Origin: a virus
Strand: one strand, 5' to 3'
Virus record (IMG/VR): IMGVR_UViG_3300037464_000047
DNA length: 64,000 bases
Position 1 is the stretch's first letter; each line of letters starts with the position of its first letter. The position numbers and the translations under genes are program-made. Shown here one piece after another: positions 18,187 to 27,247 of the stretch. The notes below the pieces were generated by a model that was given only the letters and a program-made list of their open reading frames with translations, was not told the origin of the DNA and did not search any database.

Positions 18187-18729
18187 TCACGCTGCACCTC
18201 CCTCGGAAGCCGGGCGCGAAACGGTGGGCGCGAAGAGACAGGGCAGGTAGTCGTCCACGTACACCATGGCCTCCCCCACCGAGAGCACCGCCTTCCCTGC
18301 ATCCAGCCACTGGAGCTCCCCTTCCACCACGATGGTGTCCACCCGCCCTCCCTGCCTGCTCCGGGTAACCTGGAGGGTGAAGCGGACCCAGTCCCCCTCC
18401 TTCATGTTCCGGAGGATTCCCAGTTCCTCATTCCCCTTCTTCACCAGGCTCAGGCGGGTCTCCGGGCTCCACCCCAGGGAGTTGGGCGCAAGGGGAAGGA
18501 GCAGACATGGGAGCCGATCACTCACGTACACGCTCTGCCCCGACACCCTCACTTCCACTGCCGTATCGGTCTTCCCCTCTCCCCTGACCGCAGTGAACAC
18601 CTCGATGGAGGTGGGTCCGGGGAAGGCGAACCGTACTTGCCTCCCTGCCTCTACCTCTCCCAGTACCGTGAGGACCTCGTTGGGGTTCTGAACCTGTCTC
18701 AGCATCGCTTCCAGTTGGGGCGTATCCAT
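18187..18729 (-). CDS. Beta-barrel paralog family member with two internal copies
   Basis: LGEVEAGRQVRFAF...LPCLL and LRNMKEGDWVRFTL...LPCLF; promoter at 18746. Confidence 0.7.
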   Translation of the reverse strand: MDTPQLEAMLRQVQNPNEVLTVLGEVEAGRQVRFAFPGPTSIEVFTAVRGEGKTDTAVEVRVSGQSVYVSDRLPCLLLPLAPNSLGWSPETRLSLVKKGNEELGILRNMKEGDWVRFTLQVTRSRQGGRVDTIVVEGELQWLDAGKAVLSVGEAMVYVDDYLPCLFAPTVSRPASEGGAA

Positions 18730-19055
18730 GTGCTTCCTCCATCCCCTTATCCCCAGGAGCCTACGGCCATTGGTATCTAACGACCGTAGGGAAGCGTTCC
18801 CACCACCCTCGCACATGAGGGGTGAACCAGCCTTCTGCACTTCTGGAACTCCCTCCAGGACCACCGACTATCCCCCAGCCACCCTGGACCCTGTGTTCGC
18901 CCTCCCTTAGGCCCCCTCCCGAGGGGTACACAGCGCTCCTACACCTGGGAAGTGCTCTGAGGGCTAAGAAAGAGGAGCGAGAGTGGATGGCCTCTCTGCG
19001 CTCCAGCAGGGGTGGGAAGGGGGTGGTGGAACCGTTCACTCGGCCTTGACGGCGC

Positions 19056-19169
19056 CTACAGGATCCAGATGAAGCCCGCCTTGAGCCCCACCAGGATGAA
19101 CAACCCAAGGGCCAGCGCCAGAACACCGAAAGCCTTCGCCCACGCCTTCACTTCCCTCTTCCAGTTCAT
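19056..19169 (-). CDS. Small single-TM peptide (37 aa; not in ORF track)
   Basis: MNWKREVKAWAKAFGVLALALGLFILVGLKAGFIWIL; RBS GGAGGAG; promoter at 19217. Confidence 0.6.
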   Translation of the reverse strand: MNWKREVKAWAKAFGVLALALGLFILVGLKAGFIWIL

Positions 19170-19247
19170 GACTCCTCCGTGCGGAGAATGCCGAGCACAG
19201 GTGCCCGGACAGGAGTCTTATCCCCCCTCTCCCCGCTTCTTTGCTCC

Positions 19248-19424
19248 CTACGGAGGTCGTGGAGGGAAGAGAGTACGCAACTTCTGAAGGGCGGTCAGTC
19301 TCAGCAAGAGCTCCTGACGTCTCTGCCCAGTGCCCTCTGCTTGAGGGTCCAAGGCCTTCAGCTCCGCCCCCACCTCTTGCTCTTGTTCATCGAGACCCTT
19401 CTTGTGAGCGAAGTCCGTGTTCAC
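19248..19424 (-). CDS. Small coiled-coil protein
   Basis: GTG start behind GGAGG. Confidence 0.45.
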   Translation of the reverse strand: MNTDFAHKKGLDEQEQEVGAELKALDPQAEGTGQRRQELLLRLTALQKLRTLFPPRPP

Positions 19425-19446
19425 GTACACCCTCCCTCCACCTCCT

Positions 19447-19623
19447 TCAGCCCAGGGCCTGGAAGTGTTCTGTGAGCTTGTTGAGCTCGTCCAGTCGTGC
19501 TTCAAGCTGAGCCTTCTCCAGCATCAACCCGTTGATCTGTATCTCCAGGCCCTTCAGTGCTCCCTTGATGTCCTCCTTCCGGTTGTCCAACGTCTCCTTC
19601 AGCAGATACACGTCGATGTCCAT
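19447..19623 (-). CDS. Small coiled-coil protein
   Basis: MDIDVYLL start with GGAGGT RBS; heptad pattern. Confidence 0.6.
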   Translation of the reverse strand: MDIDVYLLKETLDNRKEDIKGALKGLEIQINGLMLEKAQLEARLDELNKLTEHFQALG

Positions 19624-19685
19624 GTGCACCTCCATGAAGCGAGTACCTTCACCACCCCAAGAGAGGGAGACCGCAAGTTCATCTG

Positions 19686-19886
19686 TCAGGACCTCCAGAT
19701 GAAGAGCTTCACCAGGAGCCAGAAGGTGAAGACGATGAAGCTCAAGCCCAGCGTGTGCATCCACTGGACCTTCCACCAGGGCTTCCTCTCCATCACGTTC
19801 ACAAGGGTCATACCCACGAGCACGCCTCCGAAGCTCAAGGTGAGCCGCCAGAGAATCTCCACCAGCACCGCTACAGGGATGTTCAT
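19686..19886 (-). CDS. Small two-TM membrane protein
   Basis: Two hydrophobic segments; promoter at 19907. Confidence 0.65.
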   Translation of the reverse strand: MNIPVAVLVEILWRLTLSFGGVLVGMTLVNVMERKPWWKVQWMHTLGLSFIVFTFWLLVKLFIWRS

Positions 19887-20012
19887 GTGCTCCTCCAGTC
19901 AGAGGACTTATCCCAGGGAGCGCGGAGAAATGGGAGCAGTGCCCCAGCCTCGCCTTTTGGTAGGGCTAGCTGATGACGACAAGGACCCCGGGGAGGGGGG
20001 GACAGGGGTTAC

Positions 20013-20396
20013 CTAGTCGTAGGGGAATTTTTTAGGGGGCTGGTGGCGCAGGGAGAGGAAGTCCGCCAGGAGCTTCAAGCCTTCAGCCTTGGAGAAGCCC
20101 GGGAAGCGTTCGGAAAGGAAGTCCGCCAGCCGCTCCACATCATAGGACCGCACAGGGGCCCAGGGAGCGCCAGGCTGCATTGGAGGGGCAGGAGAGGGGT
20201 AATCCCCTCGAAGCATCCGGGGCAGGACCTCCCGGCACACCTCGTCCAGTTCCTGCTTGCGACCCACCAGACGCTCCTTCTGGGTCAACAGGTCCCTCAC
20301 CTTCTCGTCAATGGCGTCAATGCCCTCCTGCAGCTCCTCCTGGCGCTTCCTGAGTGCCTTCTCGACCATCTCCACGTTCACAGCGATGCTGCTCAT
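20013..20396 (-). CDS. Coiled-coil hypothetical protein
   Basis: Heptad N-terminus; RBS GGAGG. Confidence 0.65.
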   Translation of the reverse strand: MSSIAVNVEMVEKALRKRQEELQEGIDAIDEKVRDLLTQKERLVGRKQELDEVCREVLPRMLRGDYPSPAPPMQPGAPWAPVRSYDVERLADFLSERFPGFSKAEGLKLLADFLSLRHQPPKKFPYD

Positions 20397-20501
20397 GCAC
20401 CCCTCCACAGCCTTCGATGGGCCCCACATGTGGGACTTGTGTAAGAAGAATTGGAGGGGTAGGCGCAGCCTACCCCTCCAATTCGGGCGCCCGCCCTCAG
20501 C

Positions 20502-20870
20502 TCAGCAGGACATGGGCGGCGTATAGTCCGGGTACTTCTCACGGACCAGGGCCAGCTCCTTCTCGGTCAGACCCAAGGGGATGTGAGCATGACGCTTGAT
20601 GAGCCACTCGCGCGCCTCCTCCATGCTGCGCCCCGGGATGTTGGACTTGTGGACGCTCTGGCACCCGGGACGACAGAAGTGCTCGATCTCGAACTTCTCT
20701 GCCTTGTCTCCGAGTTCATCTCGCCGGTCGATGCGCGTACCAGGACCCACACCGAAACCGATGATGAGGAGAAGAGGCCTGAACTCTCCCAACACCTCGT
20801 CCGTTTGCTCCTTCTCCTGAGACTCTTCGGAATCCAACGGACCCTCCGTCTTGCTGTCATTATCGGCCAT
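20502..20870 (-). CDS. Hypothetical protein, Cys/His motif
   Basis: HFCRPGC...H; start MADNDS; promoter at 20919. Confidence 0.65.
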   Translation of the reverse strand: MADNDSKTEGPLDSEESQEKEQTDEVLGEFRPLLLIIGFGVGPGTRIDRRDELGDKAEKFEIEHFCRPGCQSVHKSNIPGRSMEEAREWLIKRHAHIPLGLTEKELALVREKYPDYTPPMSC

Positions 20871-21139
20871 GTGCTGCCTCCGGTGAAACGAACAGGCGAT
20901 GATGCCTGCTGCTACAGACTTATCCCGCCACCCCCGTGAAACTTTCGGCCTGAGAGCTAGGGAGAGAAGGGGCAGGTCAGAGGCCCCTCTCCAGTAGTGG
21001 ACGGCTCGGGTGGCCAGGTCAACCGAAGCCCGTTTCTGCCGAGCTTCGAGATGATGCTCTTGTAGAGCAGGAGGTGAAGGCGTCTTGAGTCTGGGTGGGC
21101 TGGTGAGGAGCCGCCATAAGAGCGGCGCAGCCCTGACCT

Positions 21140-21913
21140 TCATGGGAACTTCATCTCCTCAATGGCCGCCACCATCTTGCCCACGTCGTAGGCATAGAAG
21201 CCGGCCGAGTTGAAACAGTTGATCTCCCCCACGTAGAACTCGCCCTCGCTCATGAAGACGTCGAGTACGAAGGCGCGGGCAGGAGACCACCGGTTGGCCA
21301 TCACCTGGGCGAACTCGTAGACCCCCGGGCCCACGTTGCTGGAGGGCAGGACCCGGCCACCCATCTTGTAGAGGGAGGCGGTGATGACCTGTCCGTCGAC
21401 GATGACGGTTCGGTACTCGGCCTGGATGTGCCGGGTCCGGCTCAGCGCGACCCGCGTCTCCGGGGGGATGGTGGTGTAGCCCTCCTGCAGGGCCAGGACC
21501 CGATCCCGCCAGCCCTTGAAGTAGTCCCAGCCGCATTCCATGCCAGCGAAGGACTTGTCGTCGAGGCAGGGGCGGATGAAGAAGGGCTCACGCTGGAAGG
21601 GGACCTCGTCGAAGCGGTAGACCTCCGCGTCCGCGTTCAAGGTGTAGGGCCCGTACTGCTTGCGCCAGACCTCGAAGTCGAAGTTCTCGTTGAGGAAGGC
21701 CCCAGGCACCCATCCCTGCTCTTGCGCGTAGCGCGTCAGGGTCAGCGGGCCCATGACCATGGCCGGCCCCGAGACCTGAACATGAGGCTCCACCCCTCCC
21801 CCGAAGGGGATGACCTTCACGAGCGAGTACTTCAGGCTCCCACGCTCCAGGACACGAAGGAGCTCCTCGAAGCCCTGCTCGTTGAACGAGTTGTTCTGGA
21901 TGATCCAGTGCAT
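21140..21913 (-). CDS. ATP-grasp domain protein (DUF4343/R2K-like)
   Basis: FFIRPCLDDKSFAG, EYRTVIVDGQVITASLY, FVLDV, GEINCFNSAGFY; start MHWIIQ. Confidence 0.8.
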   Translation of the reverse strand: MHWIIQNNSFNEQGFEELLRVLERGSLKYSLVKVIPFGGGVEPHVQVSGPAMVMGPLTLTRYAQEQGWVPGAFLNENFDFEVWRKQYGPYTLNADAEVYRFDEVPFQREPFFIRPCLDDKSFAGMECGWDYFKGWRDRVLALQEGYTTIPPETRVALSRTRHIQAEYRTVIVDGQVITASLYKMGGRVLPSSNVGPGVYEFAQVMANRWSPARAFVLDVFMSEGEFYVGEINCFNSAGFYAYDVGKMVAAIEEMKFP

Positions 21914-21915
21914 GT

Positions 21916-22278
21916 TCAGCCTCGCTCCTTCAAGATTTCCTCCACCAGCTCCAGTACTTCCTTCGGATCGTTGGGATCCTTGAGATCCTCCAAGGCAGCC
22001 TCGAAGTAATGCCCAGGCTGCGACATCTCGGCGTACAGCTTCCAGAGCTTCTCCCCATCCTTGAGTCGGATCACGGCGCCCGTACGGAAGTCGGTTGGGA
22101 TGACGTCGTAGAAGGCCATGGCCGCCAGACACGCACCGCCTTGACCATCGACGAAAAGTTGCCACTCTTCCCCCAAGAGCAGCTTCACCCCGGCCTGGAG
22201 GTGCCTTCGAATCCGCTGGAGCTGCTCCTGAGAGAGAACCTCCAGCGCGGGACGCAGCTTCTGAACCTCAACCCTCAT
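21916..22278 (-). CDS. Hypothetical protein
   Basis: ATGA-coupled. Confidence 0.65.
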   Translation of the reverse strand: MRVEVQKLRPALEVLSQEQLQRIRRHLQAGVKLLLGEEWQLFVDGQGGACLAAMAFYDVIPTDFRTGAVIRLKDGEKLWKLYAEMSQPGHYFEAALEDLKDPNDPKEVLELVEEILKERG

Positions 22279-22739
22279 GCCGCACCTGCCTTTCGTTGCT
22301 TCAGTTCGAGCCAGCACTTCGGCTCCGTTCCGACGATGAGCTCCCTCTTCTGAAGCTCACGAATCCACCATCGGACGTGCCAGCGCACGTCTCGCCACAG
22401 GTACTCCTGATAGAGCGTCCGCCACTCCCCATCACGACCTTGGACAGCCCGAAGCAGCAGGACGCTCAGGAGCTGCGTCAGGGACTCCTGGTGGTCCGAC
22501 CAAGCCGACCGGTTCTCGGGCCCACCGAGCTCGAAGTCCCAGAATTCCCGCTGCGCCGGCGCGGCCACGAGCCAGTGCGCCAGGTCGTGGACGATGTCGA
22601 AGTAGCTGGCATCCATGTCCATCTCTCGCCCATCCCAGGGCCAGCCCTGTCCGTGACTGCCCATCCCTCCATGGAACCCCCAACCAATGCCCAGATGCTT
22701 CAGGAGCTCCAAGAGGCGGTCCCTTGTCTCGCTCTCCAT
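22275..22739 (-). CDS. Zincin-like/EpmC-like protein
   Basis: IVHDLAHWLVA...DF resembles the HEIAHW...RR...DFG signature. Confidence 0.45.
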   Translation of the reverse strand: MESETRDRLLELLKHLGIGWGFHGGMGSHGQGWPWDGREMDMDASYFDIVHDLAHWLVAAPAQREFWDFELGGPENRSAWSDHQESLTQLLSVLLLRAVQGRDGEWRTLYQEYLWRDVRWHVRWWIRELQKRELIVGTEPKCWLELKQRKAGAA

Positions 22740-22784
22740 GAACCCTCCATGGTCCATAACGAAAGAGGGGCCGAAGCCCCTCGA

Positions 22785-22988
22785 TCACTTCCGAGGCTTG
22801 AACGTGCCGACGTGCGTCGGCTCGCCCATGCTGTAGAGGTCCACCTGCCTCCCCGAGAAGTCCGCCACGCCTTGCGCCGCTCGGCGGGCCGTGCGCTTCC
22901 GAAGAGGCGCCTTGGGAAGAGCGACCCCCAACTCCCGGCCTTTGAACCAGAAGACTTCCCGCTTCTTGTTCCGTTGGGTGTTCTTCAC
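22785..22988 (-). CDS. Small basic protein
   Basis: GTGA-coupled start. Confidence 0.55.
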   Translation of the reverse strand: MKNTQRNKKREVFWFKGRELGVALPKAPLRKRTARRAAQGVADFSGRQVDLYSMGEPTHVGTFKPRK

Positions 22989-23287
22989 GAACTCGACCTC
23001 TTCTTTTGGGGGTTGGGAGCGCCAGGAGCGAAGGCGGTCGGGCCCCACACCTTCTCACCGTTGTCGATGAGGTTCATGCTCTCCTGGAGCTGAGCGTTGA
23101 CCTTTACGAGGACGTCCTGCATCTGGCTGGTCTTCACCACCAGAGTGCGAAGAGCATCGGGGACAGTGCCCGCGACACCTTTCACTCCAGGAATGATGCT
23201 GGACCAGACGGTGACCTCCGTCTCCTCCTTGTTCCATTGCTTGAAGAGGGTAAAGCTGCCGTGGTCGAAAAGAACTTCAACGGCCAT
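22985..23287 (-). CDS. Hypothetical protein
   Basis: Coupled ORF. Confidence 0.65.
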   Translation of the reverse strand: MAVEVLFDHGSFTLFKQWNKEETEVTVWSSIIPGVKGVAGTVPDALRTLVVKTSQMQDVLVKVNAQLQESMNLIDNGEKVWGPTAFAPGAPNPQKKRSSS

Positions 23288-23501
23288 CGTTCTTGTCTCC
23301 CTTCGGGGCCCAATCCTTGGCCAGAGTCTCCAGCCTCATCTGCAGTTCCTCGCGCCCCAGGCTGGAGAGACTCTGAAGCTGCTCCCAAAGTGGTGCCGGA
23401 ACCGACTTGAGCCCCTCCACGTAATCGGAGATAGAAACCTCTGTTGTCAGGATGTGGTGTGCGAGCTGCCGGGCCAGATCGTCGATGTTCACGTCCGCCA
23501 T
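23277..23501 (-). CDS. Hypothetical protein
   Basis: Coupled ORF. Confidence 0.65.
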   Translation of the reverse strand: MADVNIDDLARQLAHHILTTEVSISDYVEGLKSVPAPLWEQLQSLSSLGREELQMRLETLAKDWAPKGDKNDGR

Positions 23502-23502
23502 G

Positions 23503-23745
23503 TTAGAGCACCATCCCCTTGTAGACCTTCACGCCTTCCTGACGCATGAGCTCGGAGGTCTTGGTGAAATCCCGCTCCTCCCCCGGAACCTCGCAGGAAA
23601 TACGCGCCGTCTCGTTGCCCACGGTGACGTAGCTCGTGAAGATAGAAGCGTCCCCTCCCAGCCAGACAATGGGGTCCTTCTCCCGGTCCTTGAGGAACTG
23701 CGCCAGCTCTTTGAAATTGGAAAATGCGATGATCATCCGGTGCAT
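23503..23745 (-). CDS. Hypothetical protein
   Basis: Coupled ORF. Confidence 0.65.
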   Translation of the reverse strand: MHRMIIAFSNFKELAQFLKDREKDPIVWLGGDASIFTSYVTVGNETARISCEVPGEERDFTKTSELMRQEGVKVYKGMVL

Positions 23746-23771
23746 CTCTTCATCCTTTCGAGTGAGAGGTT

Positions 23772-23924
23772 CTAACTGTAGTTTCCGATCCGCAGCTTCT
23801 CTTTCAGCTCCCGCTCCTGGAGCTGCCTCTGGAAGCGATACGCGCGCCAGGGCGCAGCAATCTGGCCCTCGAAGAAGCCGCCGAGAAAGAAGCAGATGGT
23901 GCCCACAATCACATAACCAAGCAT
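23772..23924 (-). CDS. Small single-TM protein (50 aa; not in ORF track)
   Basis: MLGYVIVGTICFFLGGFF...; RBS GGAGGAG; promoter at 23943. Confidence 0.6.
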   Translation of the reverse strand: MLGYVIVGTICFFLGGFFEGQIAAPWRAYRFQRQLQERELKEKLRIGNYS

Positions 23925-23972
23925 GATGTCTCCTCCTGACTCCTTATCCCAACAGACCCCCGCCTCTTGGAG

Positions 23973-24001
23973 CTAAGAAAAGGGGCGATACAATGCCCCT
24001 T
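23973..24001 (-). terminator. Intrinsic terminator
   Basis: AAGGGGC/GCCCCTT plus TTTCTTAG tail. Confidence 0.65.
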
Positions 24002-24067
24002 CCCCCTCCGCACGACGGCCGAGCCGTACGGCCAGTTCAGGGCCGGAGGAGGTCCCTGCAGGTGGTG

Positions 24068-24301
24068 TCAGAACTGGAGCTTACCCTCCTTGGCGAGCTC
24101 GGCCTCAATGCGGCAGAGCTGGTCGAAGAGCGTGTTCCAGAGATCGCTGACCTCGGCCTTGCGCTGAGCGATTCGGTCCGCCAAGTCTGTCAAACCCATG
24201 CGCGTAGCGCGGGGGAGGGCCTCCGAGAGCTGCTGGATGCGCATACCGAGCCGTTTGACGCGCTCGTCCAGGGCCTGGTAGCGGCGAAGGCGCCGGTTCA
24301 T
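24068..24301 (-). CDS. Small coiled-coil protein
   Basis: Coupled ORF. Confidence 0.6.
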   Translation of the reverse strand: MNRRLRRYQALDERVKRLGMRIQQLSEALPRATRMGLTDLADRIAQRKAEVSDLWNTLFDQLCRIEAELAKEGKLQF

Positions 24302-24552
24302 TCCGACACCCCCTTCCAGCGCTTGAGGCCTTCCAAGTACCGGTTCACGTACATGGCCGCCAGCCTCATGCTCTCTTCCTGGTCGTGAGAGAAGAGGTGC
24401 GGATCCCCAATGTGGTCCGGCATGGTGGACTCCCAGCCCCAGCCCCGCTCGTTGCGGTCCTTGGGCTCTTCCGCCATAAGTTCCTCCAGGCCCTGCTTCA
24501 GCTCCCGGGCCTTCTTCTCCCTCTCGTCATACATCGCCTGCGTCACAAGCAT
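24298..24552 (-). CDS. Hypothetical protein
   Basis: Promoter at 24599. Confidence 0.65.
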   Translation of the reverse strand: MLVTQAMYDEREKKARELKQGLEELMAEEPKDRNERGWGWESTMPDHIGDPHLFSHDQEESMRLAAMYVNRYLEGLKRWKGVSE

Positions 24553-24632
24553 TGCGCCTCCATACGGAGAGCAGGAGCATGGTGCATCCTGTAGGAGTCT
24601 TATCCCCTGAGGAGGTCCGTTTTGGTCCAGAG

Positions 24633-24660
24633 CTAAGAAGAAGGGCAGACAGCACCCTTC
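24633..24660 (-). terminator. Intrinsic terminator
   Basis: GAAGGG/CCCTTC plus TTCTTAG tail. Confidence 0.55.
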
Positions 24661-24892
24661 CCCCAGCTCATTCTGGGTGGCGGTCAGAATGAGCTAGTTC
24701 GCGGGAAAAGGGGGGGACCCCGCGCAGATTGTCGCTACCGGCGGTCTTCGGGAGCGAATTGGGGGAACGCCTTGCTCGCGGTCCAGTCATGGAACCGATC
24801 TCCCCAACTCGCGGGAAGCACCTCCATGAGTGGATGTGCGATCACGTTATGGATGACCCTCCAAACACGCTTCCTCATTACATTCCTCCAGT

Positions 24893-25300
24893 TCAAGCCG
24901 GTCCATCGGTGTAGCTGTCCCGCCTTTGGCAGGAACTACACTGGCAGCCGCCGGCGTGGCTCACGCTGGGGTCGTATCTGCATTGTGCTACATGAGCGTT
25001 GTACGTGATTTCATTGTCGTACCATCTGCCACACCTTGGGCAGTTGCTGTCGAATTGTTTGGGGGCATCCGCAGAAGTATCGCAGTACCCACCAAAAAGT
25101 CGTTCGTGGTAACGCGCTGAAGCCTCCACGGCACGCTTTTTTGGTACCTTGCAGTTCTCCTCATGCTTCTTCAAGACCGCAAGATCCTCGCTTCTGTAGC
25201 GACAGCCGTTGTGCTTGCACCCAACAGTGACGGGTCTTGGCCTGCTTCCCCAGCGCCGGCTCATTTCATGTCCTCCAATCTTGTTGCGAATCCTGCTCAT
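24893..25300 (-). CDS. Multi-Zn-finger protein
   Basis: CxxxxC..H..C, CPRC..H..C and H...CxCxxC motifs; promoter at 25353. Confidence 0.65.
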   Translation of the reverse strand: MSRIRNKIGGHEMSRRWGSRPRPVTVGCKHNGCRYRSEDLAVLKKHEENCKVPKKRAVEASARYHERLFGGYCDTSADAPKQFDSNCPRCGRWYDNEITYNAHVAQCRYDPSVSHAGGCQCSSCQRRDSYTDGPA

Positions 25301-25382
25301 GCTACACAGGGACTTCAGGGTGGGTTGAAGGAGGCGTGACCTCCTCCAACCACTTATCCCGAGACCCTCTCAGCTTTTCCCT

Positions 25383-25592
25383 TTAGGGGACGAGTCCGTT
25401 CTTCCGCCGGAAGAGCATCCCGGAGTGGATGATACCGAACGCCATGAGGACCGCCACGGCGAGCGTCAGAACACCTCGGAAGAGGTCCGTCTCCCAGTAC
25501 ATGGCCAGGCCGTACAAGCCCAGCATGAAGAAGGCCCCGGCCCAGAAGGCATGGAGCAGGACGAGCCAGTCCCGCGTGTTTTTCCGGGTCAC
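25383..25592 (-). CDS. Small two-TM membrane protein
   Basis: Two hydrophobic helices. Confidence 0.65.
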   Translation of the reverse strand: MTRKNTRDWLVLLHAFWAGAFFMLGLYGLAMYWETDLFRGVLTLAVAVLMAFGIIHSGMLFRRKNGLVP

Positions 25593-26020
25593 GGCACCAC
25601 TCCACCCAGGTCCGCCAGGAGCACCTTCAGCGAGCCTCCCTGGACGGCCTTCCCGATCTCCAACGAGAAGCCCGGGGGGAACGTCACGTGGTCAAGCAGC
25701 ACGTGGACCCGACCCTTCACGACGCTCACGTCTCCAAGGAATTGCCCCGTCGCGCCCGTCCACTCCCCCGTGGCCACGACGTAGCGCGTGCCGTGGTCCA
25801 GGACCCGGTCTCGGAGCAGCTCGGAGGACTCCATCCGCTTCTCCTGGACGAAGGCCTCGATGATGCCCTGGATGGCATCCGGCCGGACGACGGGGAGTCC
25901 CTGGAGAAGTCGACGCTCCAGCTCCTCGATGTCCGCGACCCGAACGACCTGCTCGGGCAGCCGACCCTGAACCAGGAATGCCTCAACCTTCCCCACACCT
26001 TCGGTCTTTTCATCGCTCAT
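25589..26020 (-). CDS. Hypothetical protein, C-terminal KOW/SH3-like
   Basis: YVVATGEWTGATG pattern. Confidence 0.6.
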   Translation of the reverse strand: MSDEKTEGVGKVEAFLVQGRLPEQVVRVADIEELERRLLQGLPVVRPDAIQGIIEAFVQEKRMESSELLRDRVLDHGTRYVVATGEWTGATGQFLGDVSVVKGRVHVLLDHVTFPPGFSLEIGKAVQGGSLKVLLADLGGVVP

Positions 26021-26564
26021 TGTCTTCCTCCTTCTTCAGAAGAGAGAGCCCGAGCTTGCTCGGGGTGTAGTGCGGATAGTCCTTGATAGGCAGGGGTTCG
26101 AGATGGAAGAGGGACGGGTAGATGAGATCGCTCTGGGTGGAAGAGTCGGGATCCATGTCGAGCTCCGCGATGTCGAGCTGCGCGACGTATTCCCCGTCAG
26201 AACCCTTGGCCATCTGGACGTAGTAGCCCGTCTTGCCCTTGTGAGGCCCTCCCGTGACGCGATAGGCGCGCCGCTCTTCCAGAGCAATCGTGAGGATGTC
26301 GCTGTCCCCCTCCGGGCTGTGCGCCTTCGATTCGTACAGCACCTGCCGTTCCGTGGAGACCTTCGTCCTCGTCGAGCTCTCCGGAGAAACCCCCAGGAAC
26401 CTCGCCCAGAGGTTCTTGACACTCGTCCAGATGACGAAGGGCATGAGGGCGGCCAGGGCATAACGCCAGCCCAGGTTCCAGGAGTAGCCGACCATGAACA
26501 ACACCGCAAACAGGATCATGGCAACATCTACTGTCCCTGCCAGAAACAATCGAAACATCTTCAT
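26010..26564 (-). CDS. Membrane protein with KOW-like domain
   Basis: Two N-terminal TM helices; YRVTGGPHKGKTG. Confidence 0.65.
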   Translation of the reverse strand: MKMFRLFLAGTVDVAMILFAVLFMVGYSWNLGWRYALAALMPFVIWTSVKNLWARFLGVSPESSTRTKVSTERQVLYESKAHSPEGDSDILTIALEERRAYRVTGGPHKGKTGYYVQMAKGSDGEYVAQLDIAELDMDPDSSTQSDLIYPSLFHLEPLPIKDYPHYTPSKLGLSLLKKEEDNER

Positions 26565-27169
26565 GATTGCTCCTCTTTCAGAAGACGGTTGGAATCCACG
26601 CCTCCGCTCTCTTTATCCCATTCATGCGCATCAGAGAGGGCTTGGTCAAACTCCCACTCCCGGACGTAATCCTCGACCAGGGACAAGAAGAAGCGCCAGG
26701 CATCACACCGCGCCATCCCAAACTCTTGACCCCCCTCCTCCCCCCTTCGGAAGAAGACGAAACGCGACGCGTAATCCAGGAAGCAGGACACCGTAATGAG
26801 GAAAGGACCTGAAGTCGTGTACCAGAACCGGTACTCTGAGGCTCCGTTGGGCGGATGGACAAGCTGTTGCAGACGCTCAAGGAGATACGCCACGAACTCT
26901 TGCTTCTTCCCGTGGGGGTTTGCTGCCTTCCAGACCAGCGTCTCTCCTGTGAGGACGTGATGGAAGAATGCCCTTCCCAGTACCTGCCGGATAAGCAGTT
27001 TCGCATCTTCTGGAGGCATTCCACACCCTTCCAGAACTTCACTGAGGTATTCCATTACGTCGGCAAGTGTGACGGGTGCAATCTTCCGGATCTCCTCCCG
27101 CGATTTCGCACTCCCATCCAGAGGGACCACCTCCCAAGCACGAACCAACACCACTTCATCCTTCATCAT
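26561..27169 (-). CDS. Hypothetical protein (locally lower GC)
   Basis: Coupled ORF; RBS GGAG. Confidence 0.6.
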   Translation of the reverse strand: MMKDEVVLVRAWEVVPLDGSAKSREEIRKIAPVTLADVMEYLSEVLEGCGMPPEDAKLLIRQVLGRAFFHHVLTGETLVWKAANPHGKKQEFVAYLLERLQQLVHPPNGASEYRFWYTTSGPFLITVSCFLDYASRFVFFRRGEEGGQEFGMARCDAWRFFLSLVEDYVREWEFDQALSDAHEWDKESGGVDSNRLLKEEQS

Positions 27170-27247
27170 CGAACATCTCCATGTCTTAGGACTAAGGGTT
27201 CAGCCCAAAGGCCCCGGGGAAGGCCCCCGGGACCCTTGAACGCGGTT

